Of a DNA stretch of 64,000 bases, positions 1 through 14,126 are shown piece after piece. Positions within the stretch are counted from its first letter, which is position 1. Each line of letters begins with the position of its first letter. Under the pieces are notes generated by a model. It saw nothing but the letters and a program-made list of their open reading frames with translations, made no database searches and was not told the DNA's origin. This stretch comes from Bigelowiella natans CCMP2755 (taxonomy: Eukaryota > Protista > Cercozoa): contig ADNK01000063.1 of assembly GCA_000320545.1 (NCBI GenBank), positions 11,843 to 75,842 of the forward strand. The letters run 5' to 3'. The position numbers were made by a program, and so were the translations under genes.

Positions 1-16
1 TATAATAAATAAATAC

Positions 17-868
17 CCCAGACGATCTTCGATTTTTTGTGGAAGTATCTTTCAAGTTTCCTTTCAACGTGGTCAGCAGTGATATTGTCATCATAAGCCA
101 TATCAGCAAGAAACCCCATGTCCAATGCATCCAATCCGTACCATCTTTTATCACACACTGCATAAGATGATCGTCTTACTGGAGAAGAAGAAGATGATGA
201 TAATGACAATCTTGCAGCACCACCACCCTTGGCTTTTGATGGTGTATTGTATTTTTTTCTTCGTTCTCTAGTGAATCGTTTGAATAGAGGTATCTTCAAT
301 GGTGATGATACTGCAGCAGCAGCAGCAGCAGGGGGAGGAGAAGGGGGAGGAGGAGGGATACTAGTTTTATGATCCCTAGCACTGCTACTAGTTCTACTAC
401 TAGTACTAAAAGTAGACTTGTTGCTGCTGCTCCTCTTGTTTTTGCTGCTACCGCTTGGATAATGATCGATAATAAACCCACTTCCATGGTCTGAGGCTAC
501 TGCTGCTGCTGCTGCTGTTGGACTAGTAGGAGTATTATAAGTGTGATGAGGTGTTTTAAGAGCACCAGCTATCATCATCTTATCCCCTCCAGCTGTTTCA
601 ATCAAATTGCAGTTGAAGAAGAGGTATGTCGCTAAAAGAATGAACCCTACATAAAGCCCATTGATGCCCTAAGGATGATGATAGATAGATAGATAGATAG
701 ATAGATAGCATCATCATCAAGACGATGAAGATGATGATGGTGATAATGATGATGACAGAAAGAAGAAGAGTTTCTTAACAAGAATAAGTTTATAATAATA
801 CGTACGATATGTTTATCATTACCCAGGAAAGGAGAATGCGAAGAATATAAATATTTGATGAAGAAGAA

Positions 869-900
<32 letters not shown>

Positions 901-3724
901 GTGCGGTAACGATCTACTACTGCCGTTGGTGGTAAGAACCCCAGATAGACGACGACGATGATGATGATGATGATGATGATGATGAAAGGGGTATTGATTG
1001 ATGGAAGGACGGTGATGATGACTATAAGAAGCTCTTTCCTCGTTACTTAATTGGAAATAATACTGTGATGAGCGTGATTGACGTTTGTGATGAGATGATG
1101 ACTGATGGTGGTGGCTGCTTCTTCGTGACTCCTGAAGAATGCCTGGATAGTTACCCTTCTCCCTCAAGTATAAGTAAAGGAAGAAGGCGCATGGAAACAG
1201 CAGAAATGGGACCAGAATGTAGCGTAAGATGCCCCCCCCCATGTAAGGAAAGTGTGGAGGCGACAAGAAGGTATATAGTATCGATGTTAACCAGAAACTC
1301 ACACACACCTGAGATCAAACAAGAAGGTATATAGTATCGATGTTTAACCAGACACTCACACACACTCACACACACACACACACCTGAGATCAATACCCCA
1401 ATGTGTCATAATAGTTAACTACTAAATAATAAAAACACACACTATATTATAGTAGACGCATAAGAAGAACAAATAGTACCGCTGTCGAGCCTAAGACTTC
1501 TCTGAGAATGGTTTTCTTGTGCTTACAACTTTTGCAGGCTGCTATATGCCGTGCCGGTATTACACGCTCAATACCATCTACTAATCCATCATCATCATCT
1601 TCTTCTTCTTCTTCCTCGTCGCCGTCATTATTATTATTATCATTATCATTATCACCAACAGCATATAATTCTCCTTGAAGATTGTTCTTATTAGCATCAT
1701 TATCGTTGTGTCTGTTATTTTCCTGATTACTATTACTTGTAACCCTTAGATATCCCTTAATTTCCTCCTCCTCTTCTTCTTCTTCTTCTTCTTCTTCTTC
1801 TTCTTCTCTCTTCTTCCTCTTTGATTCATCATTATCATCATCATCGTCGTCATCAGTCATCAGCACTGTAGTCCTCGCAGCAACATGCTGCTGCTGGTGT
1901 TGTTGCTTCTTCTTGTTCTTTTTCTTCTTCTTTATTCGTGCTGCATTGTAGCAGGTAGGCTTGGAAGTAGAAGAGGGAGGAGAAGGAGGAGATGGTATTG
2001 AATCAACTGCAAGTAGGTGCATATTATTTCCAAGTATCTTGTTACAACAATCACGATTGCAACTTCCTCTTAGATGTGATATGATGAGGAAACGACTAGT
2101 GCCTGATAAGCAATAACAACACAATGTATACACATATATTATGTGATCAACACTACTATCTTTGCTATCTAATGCTACTACTACTATTCATTCCTACATA
2201 GTCAGTTTCTGTGTGCTATGGCACGTACTTTCTATTTAATCTCTTTTCATATAGAATAGTACCCCAATATACGAAGAAGAAGAGTAAGACTCTAAGAGCA
2301 GAAGGTGAAGATATCTTCATGGTAGTAGTAAATACGATTATCATAGCTAGAGGTAGCCTGTAAAAGGAGAGGAGAAAGAAGAAGAGGAAGGGAGATAGTA
2401 CGAGTAGAACAAATTATATCATCTTAGATTTTATAATTTTAGTGGATCATGATCAACATCGTCATCAATGAAGTAGGTGATGTGATCATCAATAATACAC
2501 TATTAAGTACTACTAGTATGTAATAATTATAACCAAAGATCGATTCTCTCAATCATAGCATAGATGTGGCTTGTTTTATCTTTATCCCGAACATCCCATT
2601 CACATGCAAGAGTTGTCCAACTTCTCGTATAAGACGCCTCTGCTTTATTATAGTCTTCTTGTTCTTGTTCTTGTTCTTCTCCCTCAGCCTCATCGATGAT
2701 ATCTTCTTCTTCTTTCCCAGCATTAGTACTAGTACTAGTAGCAGCAGTAGTCGTAGCAGCAAACAGGGCGCCGCATATAAAGGAATTGTTGGAGGGCCGA
2801 TTAGAGAGCACAGACACATAAAGCTCAATACCACAGCGAACACCAACTTCTACGAGGTACAAAATCAGAATTAATACCTGATAATGAGAAATTATTAATT
2901 GATAATGATGATGATGATGATGATGATGATGATGTAATAACAAGTGATTCATCTTACAATAACACTAAGCTGACATTATTAGTGGAGGTTCATAACTCAA
3001 ATCAATTTATAGTTACTACTACTTCATTTTAGACGATGTTGGGGAGAGAAAGAATGAAGTAAAAGTCACGTATCGATTATTATCCAATGAAAATATTATA
3101 ATCATCAATCATTTTTATTATTATTTTTTACACGTATTAGTAGTAGAAACATACCCCAAGAACCCAGACAGAGATGTTAACCCACCAAGTTGCGTCGATT
3201 TTGATCGGTAAATTCAAAATAATAAAAGCATAAACATACGTGGCTCTAAAGACCCATTTATGAGAGTAATTCCAAACGTAGTCACACCATTTCGTGGGGT
3301 TAAACTCCTCGTTGTCTTCGTCATCTTTCTCATGATCAAAAGTTTTGTCCAAAACATGACGGTGATAACGATGAGGGTGATAACGGTGAGGGGTGTAGTC
3401 GTATCTTCCTCCTCTTCTAATTCTTGATCCACTACAATTCACACTTGCAGCAAATGCAGGCTTGTGCACTGTCCTGTATGGTACGTTGCTATCAGTGGTG
3501 GTGGTGGTAAGAAGGAAGATGATAATGATGATCATGATAATTAATACAGTAAATGCTGCTGAGAAGAGAAAGATCCAAACTACTACCCTGTCATTTCAGC
3601 TTCTACACATCGGTAGAAACACAAAGAAGTGTAATGTAAGATGAACACCCATACCTTAATAAATAAACATCAGAGTAGTGAGTGCTAGTACCATGTGCTT
3701 ACTCTTTGAATTTACAAAGGAGAT

Positions 3725-3767
<43 letters not shown>

Positions 3768-4191
3768 TATAATCCTTCTGGCTTCTTCGCTCAGCATACA
3801 GCAGCAGCAGCAGCAGCAACACGAACATCAGGTTGTTCACTGTGATGGTAAGAAGAGGGGATACTAGTACACCGCACACAACACTTATTGTTATTTCACA
3901 ATACTAATAGTAACAATAAATCTCTCTCTAACAAATATTACACTCTAGACAGCGACGACAGTCGTAGTAGTAGTAGCGAATAATAAACGATGATTGTCAC
4001 ACTACTAGCAGCTACAATATAGTATACCATATTTAGAGGAACCATCTGAAGCGTGCAAAGGATAAGACGAACGATGGGGCTGTTGATGGACTCCACGTAC
4101 GAGATCAACCTATTATTATTATTATTAATAACACATTATTACAAATGTGTATCATTCCTGCACTAGCAAAACTACTTGTAGTAAATATGTA

Positions 4192-4231
<40 letters not shown>

Positions 4232-5527
4232 TCTCGTCCTTTTCCTTCTCCTTCTAGTTTATGTTGGAGGGGTTGTTTACCCATGCATCTTAAGGACAGA
4301 GTTTTGCGCCAACATGAGCGTGAAGACTGTCGCAGCTGCCATAGCTCCAAATGCAAAACATACCTACAAATGATGACGACGACGACAACGGAACAACAAC
4401 AACAACAGCAATAAGAATAATGATAATATCGGAGAACAATGGAAAAATGAAGCTGTGGTGCTATGGTATGTTATCATCATCTTAAATTAGTATTAGTCAA
4501 CAGCATACTGCAAGCCAAGCATCATTTCACGATTCATGTTATGCTGTTTTATATCGATATAGTACTAACTCGTAAGGCCTTGTCGATTAGCAACAAAGGA
4601 ACGATAAACGCGCCATTGACATCATTAAATATTATCTGTTCGATAAAGAAGAAAGTTGCGACAGATTGGATCATGAGGCAGAATCAAACTATCAGTTCAA
4701 ATATAAAGAAGAATAACACCTATATTATTATTATTATACAAATACCTTGAGAAACTTCTCGAACACATCGTCGTCGTTAATTACGCTGTGATGCACTTGC
4801 ATTGTCATGAAACTTGGTAGCCAACTGCTATGACGCTTCTGTCTTGTTCGCATGTACTAATTGTCGTTTTTGTTGTAAGGAAGAGGAAGAGGAAGTGGAA
4901 GAGGAATCAACTTGCAAATATATATATATATATGTATATATATATTATTTAATGCACATATGTAAGTAATAAGTAGTTAGCATACCTGATCTACGCTGAA
5001 AGTGTCGATTCGTCTTTGTTCTTCATGCTGATAGCTGCGCCTTTTCTGTCTTCTATCCTTCTTCCTCTTCATCTTACGTGTTCTTTTTGATTTGCTGTGT
5101 TGACCTATCCAGACGTATAAAGAGGGGTTTGCGTAAAATCAAATCAATGTTGAAATATCCACACACTTGGAGGGGGGGGGGGGGGCAAGAACGAATGAAG
5201 GCAGCAGTCGATATCTCAAACACAGCAGCAGCGTTATTATTATTATACTAGATTGAGGAGATTCACCATACAAAGTAGCAGCAACAGCAGCATTGCGTCC
5301 AAGAATTATCTACTACCAATCCTATTCGAGATATCGATGCTGCAAACTTGTTCGCCATAATCATTTCCCCTCTTCTTCTTCTTCTTCTTCGCCTCATCGT
5401 CACCAGCTGCCGAGCTACAGCGTGCTGATGTCGTCGTTGGCATGGGAGGCATTAGCCAATTTGATACAGATATGGGAGGAGGAGGAGGAGGAGGAGGAGG
5501 AGGAGGAGGAGGAGAAGATCCCCTCAT
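17..5527 (-). CDS. Multi-exon, multi-pass membrane protein, probably N-terminal part of a protist transmembrane class-3 lipase (runs off the left edge)
   Basis: Hydrophobic minus-strand exons (ORFs 3137-3535, 2527-2952, 1447-2133, 790-1308) are separated by microsatellite introns. Exon ~670-17 ends YAVCDKRWYGLDALDMGFLADMAYDD, resembling the motif that precedes the lipase_3 domain in such proteins. The 5' exons (MRGSSPPP at 5527) may belong to a separate gene. Confidence 0.45.
1263..1393. repeat. ~56-bp tandem duplication covering a splice acceptor
   Basis: caagaaggtatatagtatcgatgtt...cacctgagatcaa at 1264 and 1320; second copy has an expanded (CA)n. Confidence 0.9.
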
Positions 5528-6400
5528 TTTCGGATCGATATTCAAAGAAGCAGCCTATGAAGAGGGAGAAGTTTCATCCCCCCCCCCTGTCAACTTTGCA
5601 CATTTTCGTAAAAATTGACAAGCAACACGCTCGGGGCGGATGACCAAGAACATTGTTAATCAATGGCTATTATGTTTCTGCGACAACAAATATACCAACA
5701 AAAATTATGAAAACGGAGGAAGAGAGGAACGGCTTCAACGAGATCATTTTTCTGGTAATTTTTACGTTATCATTACATTGTCATTGTTCCTTCATTCTGT
5801 GTGGTTCTTCGGTCGGAAAAGATCTAGGGATTATTTACTAAATTATGCAGTAGCAGCAGCCAGCCGTTATGATGGATGTAATAAATAATAGGAGAAGTGT
5901 GGTGTCACTCACTGGTGTCTGTCGAGTATTATGTGTCATCATTATTAATCTTTTAGTTGAGAAGTACGAGAAATAGTACTAATTTCGACTTTTTCCCAGA
6001 GATTTTAGGAGATGGCAGCCCAGGTTGGAAACTCGTTGAATCTCCTACGAGGATAATTGTTCCGAATTCAGCCTTATTAGATCCGATTAGGGAGAGCCCC
6101 CCTAAAGTCTAGATGGCGTGTAAGAGGCGTCAAGATTCATTTTGGTTTGGAATTGCTATAGGTTGACTTGCGTCGGGCATCGGCCGATCAGTGTAAATAA
6201 CTGAGTTATTCTTCACAGGTGCTGGCATAGGATCCGTGCTGACAGTTGCATTGAATTGCATACGAAGGCGGCAGTACTTTCGAGATGCGCGGAGAAGATC
6301 TCATTCTCGTTTGATTTCTCGTCGAGATTATTTCGATATAAAAAGTGATAAAAAATCTGTACCCCCTATATATCCTCCCACCCACTGGTGCCGAACCGTG

Positions 6401-6955
6401 ATGCCGGCGACTTCTGAGAGATTCATAGCCGTCCTTAAAGTAACAGATGATTCTGCATGCTCTCGAGAGGTTCTTGTACTTTTGAAATCAGCGGAAGGAT
6501 ATGCAACTGTCTGTGCGTTGACAGATAGGAAGAACCCAACCCAAATCTTTAATCGTGTACCGAGTCAACAAGAATATGAAGCTGTGAGTATGGCAGCATC
6601 GCAAGTTGCCGCAGCCTTTTTGAGATTAGGAATATACCCCCAGATGGAACTCCTTGGAAATAACTCACATTATTTCAACGAAGCGAAGGGAGTATTGGAG
6701 CTGGGAAACACAAAAGAGCCGTACTCTCCACATTTTCATGTTTATGGTAGAGGAGACCCGAAACACGAATACGTGAAAGGGGTGCCACTTCGAGGATCCA
6801 CACCTTACAAAGTCATGATTCCAAGGAACAGAGCGGAAAAATTTGAGAAGGGTGAGGCGGTGAAGGTTGCTATTGCCCTTGCACAGAGTCTAAGCAGCGT
6901 GCAGCTCCACCCTAGTGTAAAAATTGTTGAAAAAAAAGTAATATTATCATCCTAG
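6401..6955 (+). CDS. Intronless HIT-like (histidine triad superfamily) protein
   Basis: 184-aa ORF from ATG 6401 with globular composition; LGNN...YSPHFHVYGR resembles the HIT GN..hHhHhhxR signature. Confidence 0.6.
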   Translation: MPATSERFIAVLKVTDDSACSREVLVLLKSAEGYATVCALTDRKNPTQIFNRVPSQQEYEAVSMAASQVAAAFLRLGIYPQMELLGNNSHYFNEAKGVLELGNTKEPYSPHFHVYGRGDPKHEYVKGVPLRGSTPYKVMIPRNRAEKFEKGEAVKVAIALAQSLSSVQLHPSVKIVEKKVILSS

Positions 6956-7071
6956 GGCCGCCTGCTAGCGATTGCTGCCGCAACCACTCTTGCCAATATT
7001 AATTCTGCTTTGCCGTGCTTCAAACCTACATATGTATACACATTGCATACGTACATGGCAGTCATTGCACG

Positions 7072-7134
<63 letters not shown>

Positions 7135-7804
7135 AATATGTCTATATTATCTGTCAACGCGAAGCACAAATGCTGCGACATTCAGCTCGCGGCAGACTCG
7201 ATCATCGATCAAGCACCGCCGCGATACGCTAGGCACGACGAAGCTTCACACGCACCTCCGCATTTCGTCGTCAGACAGGTGAGACCGAATGTGCTCGCTA
7301 TTTAGTGCGTACGGTGTGATCCATGCTAGCATGCACTCTACTCTATTACTTCGCCATCGATTCAAGTGCAGACAGCATCATCTGCGCTGTAAGCGTGTGC
7401 AGACTGCGAGCTACCAGCTTGCGAATGGCAAGACAAATAAGCACATAGCACCAGGGCATCACACACACATGGCTAGATGGGCTCAGCAGCACAATAGACC
7501 ATTTAGCGGCTACGGCTTTGCAATCAAGTCCTCCAAACTACAAGGAATGGAACAATAATGAGCGAAATACGTAAACTGAACATGCTGTAACATTTTTATT
7601 GTCGCTTGGTCTTTTAAAGAGAAATATTTCGATGCTTGTCCAGTAAGAACTCTGGGATACATTTTGTTTTTCCTGCACCTCAGTCGGTACTGATGTCTAG
7701 GATGTCCTCTTCTTTTTCCAAAGTATTGCACGCATACCTGAGCATTATCAAAGCATGAATCAGATTTGGCAGCTTCACACTGTTCTTCAATACATTGACA
7801 TCTA

Positions 7805-9582
7805 TTACATTGATCGACTCCCCTTTCCGATTCTCTTAATGAAACCTCGGGAAATCAATAGCTCAACCATCAATGTTAGTCGTTCTGAATTGAAGTTCTT
7901 AATTTTGGCAGCGAGATTATCTACGTAGGGGAAAGATTAAGATTATAAGTTCATCACATTCAAATCTTGGATCCTTGTGTTTCTACCTATAGACTGAGGT
8001 TTTTGGACAGTCATGTTCTCGGTCACAAATTGCATGTATACTCGTTCAAGCTGAGAGGCACCTAGTCCATGCTGAGTCAAAACATTGAAGCTGATCAGTT
8101 CACATCTCACTCGTTTCAGTATTTCGGAAACCTGATAAATTCTAGGAAATTGGGAGAGGTCAAGTTCCTTCGCTCGCGTTGTGTTTTCCTTTTCTTGCTG
8201 ATCCTCTTGGTCTGAAAGTGCCTTCTTCGATAATGCATTACCAGACTTTGGCGTCGAGTGGTATTTAAGGTCAGCAATCCCACTGATTTCAGAGCTTCGA
8301 ATAGAATTATTAACTCGAGACGCAAGTGGAGTACTATCCGACAAATCCTCAACATTGAAAGCGATTTCACTATCAACATGGAAGCTACGATGTCCATTGT
8401 TCGTATCATCATCCTCTAGATTATGCTCCCATTTTTCTTCGCGATGGACAAGTTTTTGAGAAGCATTCGTAACAGGAGACATGAATTCTGCTCCTTCGTC
8501 CTCAGGCTCCTTAGCGTCATTTGTCGATGTCATGCTCATGTCCTGGTTAAGCTGCCTTTGGCAACTATATGGAGCCGTCATTTTTTTACGATTTCCATCT
8601 TTATATGTAACAGAGTAAATAAGTTTTCTTCCCCAAATTCTATCATTATGAAAAATAAGATTCAAGAAACCAACCTGAGACAACGAATGGGGTAGTCAAT
8701 GGAGGAGTGATGTGACGGAGAGATTCAAGCGATTCAATTGATTTTTCTTCTTTAACCCTAGAATGCTTACGGACTGTAAACATTGAAATTAGAGGAGAAC
8801 ACGACAGGTTGGAAAGTGACATGAAAACCTGAATGGAATGGGGTTGTCCTTGGAGGAGAAATTTTTCGTAACAGGTCCGACAGCTCACCAGATACTGTTC
8901 CAAAATTTTGAGATTATGGTACTATCTGGCTATTGCTTTTACGAACGAAAGAGAAATTCAAACTGCAGCTTATCTTACCTGGGGTTGACGTGAATCCAGC
9001 CCCGGCATCACCTCCTCCAATAGGAGTCTTGGTCCCACCAAAATGAATTGATGATCCAAGGGTTGAGTGGGTCGAGTTAGTGAAACTTGGCGCCTGTACA
9101 CTTGGGAAGGAGGTGAAAAACTTGGACCACACCTAAGAAGAGTCCATAATAACTGGTATGAATTTAATTACTGTCTCCAATGATAATAAAAAATCTCTCA
9201 TTTTGAAAGGAGCTGAATCAATGAAGAATATTTTTTACAGTTAAAGGCCTTCACCTGCAATGACTCATTTATGGACTTTGTTTGAGTTGCATAAGTTTTG
9301 ACCTATATTTAATTTGAATTCGTTAAAAGTTCTCACATTATGTGTAAAAATTGGGCATACGTTATTTAGGATCTTCGATGCCACGTGTTGTGCATTGACT
9401 AAAGAAGAATCAATCATCCTTAATGTAAATGTGATTTTTTGCTCGACTTGCTCCAGCTTTTGCTTGACTTCCTCTGGAGTGGGCTGTGGTTGTGGGGGGG
9501 GCAGATTTTCTGGTGCTACTGACTCTTCCGATGGTCCTTTCGTCCTATACCTTGAACGTCTCGATTTCTGATTAAACATCAT
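7805..9582 (-). CDS. ASK1: DASH/Dam1 kinetochore complex subunit Ask1
   Basis: Spliced exons give LEQVEQKITFTLRMIDSSLVNAQHVASKILNN|VKTYATQTKSINESLQ|VWSKFFTSF, matching the Ask1 N-terminal consensus (EQEITLTLQEIDSNFS...ILP.V..Y....W..FF). An S/T/P-rich middle and a short C-terminal folded region follow. Confidence 0.75.
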
Positions 9583-9834
9583 CCCATTTTTTTTTGATAA
9601 AAAACATAGAATCTTCATTCATAACTACAAATTCTGGTCTACACAGAAAAGGGCATTCAATTACCATTGCGGAAGGATATAAAAACTTCGATGTGACGTT
9701 TGCACAAATTCGGAGGGGGGGACGGCAGACTTGTGGAATAACAGAGGTATATGTGAATGGCGACACCTCAACACTTTAGTCGCACTACCATAGCTCCATG
9801 CGTTTCCAACCTAAAGGATTGAAAACCGAAACAC

Positions 9835-9945
9835 TTCCCCGCCATCTGCGTCGCCGTTGGTTCGAGGTGGTCTGAGCTTTCCCGCGCCGCGTTTCTCGCA
9901 AAAATTAAAAAAACGGCATCAGAGTACCACCGTGAAACGGGAAAT
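9835..9945. promoter_or_regulatory. E2F-like motifs in the Ask1 / 5-phosphatase divergent promoter
   Basis: TTTCCCGC at 9878, TTCCCCGCC at 9835 and ACGGGAAA at ~9937. Confidence 0.35.
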
Positions 9946-10349
9946 CCTTGTTGGAGGTGTCCAAGAATTATTTTCTTAGCTCTGTCTCAAAATATCCTGG
10001 ATTTTATCCTCATTCTTTCTCGGTTTCTCATAAATTGGACATGGAGAAATCATGATGAAAAATCTGGGAGTTCATAATGAGCGACATTTGATTTGGCCTG
10101 TTTTTAAAGATACTTTCAAGCGTTTTTGGCTGTTGGTGTGCGATTCTATCTGCACTTTAAAGGCGTTGGCTTAATTGGGGAGGGCAACGAGCTCCAACAA
10201 CTCACTCATCCCGCAGGGTTTTTCCCGACCATTTTATTCTGTTCTACGTAAGATATGCCTGCGACTGATTAGGGTGAATATAAACCTGATCAAAATCCCG
10301 TGCATCCTCAATGCGCCTCTGAAGATAAGAAATTGTCAAGTACACGAAG

Positions 10350-12700
10350 ATGGAGCAAAATTATCGATGGAAGGTTAGTGTAACATGCTTCAGATTAACC
10401 CATGAATAATTGACCCTTACATACCTTTTGGTAAATTACAGAAACCTATGGAGATACTTATTAGATGAAGATGTAACGAATATCATGTAATTATTGTAGG
10501 TGCACAAGAGCACAAAATATGGTCTGCGGCAAGATCGATATCTTCTGCTGGATTTGCAGCTAGGATCTATGATGTTTCTAGATACCAATAACAAATGTAA
10601 GTCTGAGTTCCGGTTAAGTGAAATCCAGGATGTCGTGGCCATTAACTCGAAGAAGGGTTCCCATGACAAACGTAAAATTCGAATGAGTTTTGTCAAAGAC
10701 AAGAATCGCCCGTACGACATCAAATTTGAATCTCATATAGACTGCCAAAAGGTAACTCCTACAACAATTTATCTTTGGGATGATGTGTGGATGTGTGTGC
10801 TTATCTTTGCTTTGTTTTTTGCAGTTTTTACAACTGTTCGAAAATAAGGAGCTGTTGAAAAAGAATGATAAAAGAGGTTCAGGAGATTTCACAAACCTTA
10901 AGGAATACCCTGTTCAGCTCAAGTCTGGTATCAGTACCAGTCAGCCAAGATTAGTAATTCTAAATCCTTCCAAGTCCTCGTTGCTCATTTTAGACATGAA
11001 GGTAAAACTTCGTGTTTTGATTTATCTTATATGTTATTCCATTTTGATACCAAATAGGCACTTTTATTGTTGTAAATAGATGATTACAAATTTCCCGTTT
11101 CGCAACATGTAGATCATAAATCCGATAGTTTTCCATAAGAAATGTAATTTCTTTCAAGGACACGAATCGTGTCGTCGAAGTCACTGTTGTATTGTTGCCA
11201 TATCAGCGTAAATGCAAGAAAGAGGTTGGATTTAAAGAAATATCCTCAATTGAGATCCCCCGTTCCAAAGATAATATGGCTGGAGAAACATGTCATATGA
11301 TGATGAACAACGGGGACAACGCAATAAAACTCAACTTCGAAAGGGAGGACGAGCGAATAGATTTTTGCGACACTCTAAGAGACCTAGAAGAATCGATTGA
11401 GATTAAAGACTATTCGCTGGCAGGGGACCCTGAGTGCTTACGATTCAACGTTGCTAAAATCAACAAATTTGGTGTACTCAAGGAGCGTGTAATCTATATA
11501 GATTCGAAGAAGGGTGTTTTCCGTTCAATAAATCTCAACAGGACATACAAAGAGGTGCTGATAAAGTCGCCTCCTGATAAGCATACAATAGGAGGGGGAA
11601 TTAATCTCGTAGGAATTGAACGTAATGCCAATAATAAGTGCCGATTGGATTTGGAGTTCAAAAACCGAGAACCTCTACACTTTCTCTTGGAGTCGCCATT
11701 CCAGAGAGAAAGATTCTTGCACAGATGTCGAACGCTCACTGTACCACAATACTATGACCATAAGGTGGTGTAGAAGCTCTTTTTAGTATATATTTCAAAG
11801 ATACAATAAGGAGTTTTCCCCGTTTTTTTTTAACATTAGACCTCAAGAATTGAGAATCATTATTTGCTGCTTGCTTGCTTTTAATTGGATTTAGGTTTTG
11901 GATGAGTCGGCCTTTTTCGAGGAGCAGGCTCTTACAGGAGCAGGCCTGATAGATTCTGAGCAGAAGAAGCAACAGCAGGGAAAAGAAGTGATCAACAGTA
12001 TAGAAGAGGGGGATGAGAAGGGAAAGGAGGACGATGAAAAGGGAAAGATGGGGTTAAAAGAAGATAAAGGATCCAAGGACGGAATTGGAGATCTGAACAG
12101 CCTGTTGGAGGATAGGGCAGCTGGTAGCAATACATCAGCGCAGATGGGTCATGGCGGATCTATGCCAGAACTCACGACTCAAGAAAAGGGATCATCGAAC
12201 CATGTGCAAGAGGAGAAGTTGTCGTCCTCAATGGTAGCTTCCCTGTCCGCCATGCAATTATCTAACAAGAAGCTTAAGATGCCAACTGCAAACTGGCATG
12301 TGGCATTCCATCCCAATGCGGTGAGTGTGTTTATTGGGACATGGAACGTAGCTCAGAACATCGTCTATGATTCACTTGACGACTTTATTCCTCCAAGCAA
12401 ATACGATATCTATGCAATTGGACTGCAAGAATGCAGAATAAAGGACAGAAATAAATGGCAAACTGAGCTTGAACGCCACATAAACCTAAATTATCGCGGG
12501 AAAGTTACCAAAAATACCTATGATCTCATAAAGGTAATAACGAGGGTGCTTGTAATTGCATATTTTCAGTCCCAGTTTAATATACTGCATCATCAGAAGA
12601 TAATTGCGAAGTAGTTTTAGTAGTAGTAGTACGATGTAGGATGATGAGACCCGTGCGGAAGAAGACCGTTGGAATGTATTTTGGCTAATTATTCATCATC

Positions 12701-12739
<39 letters not shown>

Positions 12740-14022
12740 TATGGTCAAACTTCTTAGCATCATGCGTTAAGGGAGATAAACTTATTCTTGTTCGTACGCA
12801 AGAATTTGACTCATGCTGTAACAAACATCGAAGCACAACATGTAGCCTGCGGGGTCGGAAATGTCGTCGGGTAATAATTCTCTTAAGGGAATAATAATTC
12901 TACTCAAGTTCACACAGTATTCAACATCGAATCATAGTATTTATATTTTGAAGTCAGATTATTCACAGCGACAACGGTGTATGTATACAATGATATTGCC
13001 TTGCGATGCGACTTTAGCCTCATCGCGGGCCAGTATCAATCATCATTTTGATGGTTGATTTTGTGGTCCTTTCAGTGATTAAAAATGACATTTTTCGTTA
13101 TCATCATTTTTCATTTCTTCGTCGTTTTCATCTAATCAAATTATTTGTGTTGTTCTTGTTTTGCGTACAGGAACAAGGGTGGCGTGGCAGTCTCTATCAA
13201 TCTCTACGATACAAAGTTATGCTTTGTAACATGTCATTTGGCCGCACGCTCAGAACGACTGGATGAGAGGAGAAATGACTTTCGGAGAATTTGCAAAGAA
13301 ATGAGTCTTGGCACCCAGTCTATGGACATGCTATCCCAGTTTCATCATGTCTTTTGGTTTGGAGATCTTAATTATCGAACGGTAGTACTATCTTATTGAC
13401 TTTTGACCATATTTTAAATTTGCATCCTTTAATACTGAGATCCTACACCATTCGAGTGTGTGTGTGTGTGTGTGTGTGATAATAACCACTAAGTGTAATA
13501 ATACATACATGTCACCTCTTTAGGTCGGAGAGTTTTCTGACATCCAAACGATATGGAAAGGATGCAAGGAAACAGTAAATTAGATTCGAAATATTTTTTA
13601 TTTCTTAATAAATATTTATATGATTGATAGTTGATATTCATACTCATGAATACAGGGAGAATGGAAGGAAATGTGGGATACAGACCAACTGAAAGGCGAA
13701 AGGGAAAAGAAAAGAGTGTTTTATGGCTTTGTTGAGGTTGTTGTTACACATTTTATACACAAACATTAGTGTACTTTAGTTGCTTTCTCGAAAACATGCA
13801 CGCAGAAGAAATATGTATTGAAAACTTTAAATTTTGGGATGCACTTACACAAGCAAGCAAGCATGTCTCTGGTCAGATGATAGATTGTCAATTCAGGGTC
13901 CCCTTCACTTTGGCCCCACGTATCGATTTAACAAGAAAAGTAACGAATTTAGCAACAAAAATTTCCAGAATCCTTCATGGACGGTATTTGGATATGTAGT
14001 ACCACGAGTTTATCATCCTCAC

Positions 14023-14056
<34 letters not shown>

Positions 14057-14093
14057 GTCTATATCATCATTATTATTTACAGAGTGTGTACTT

Positions 14094-14126
<33 letters not shown>

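Noticed and set aside
4684-4686. In-frame TGA in a hydrophobic minus-strand exon (VLFFFIFELIV*FCLMIQ) as recoding
   Set aside because: Exon boundary uncertain; other genes use TGA as stop; alternative acceptor or base error is more likely
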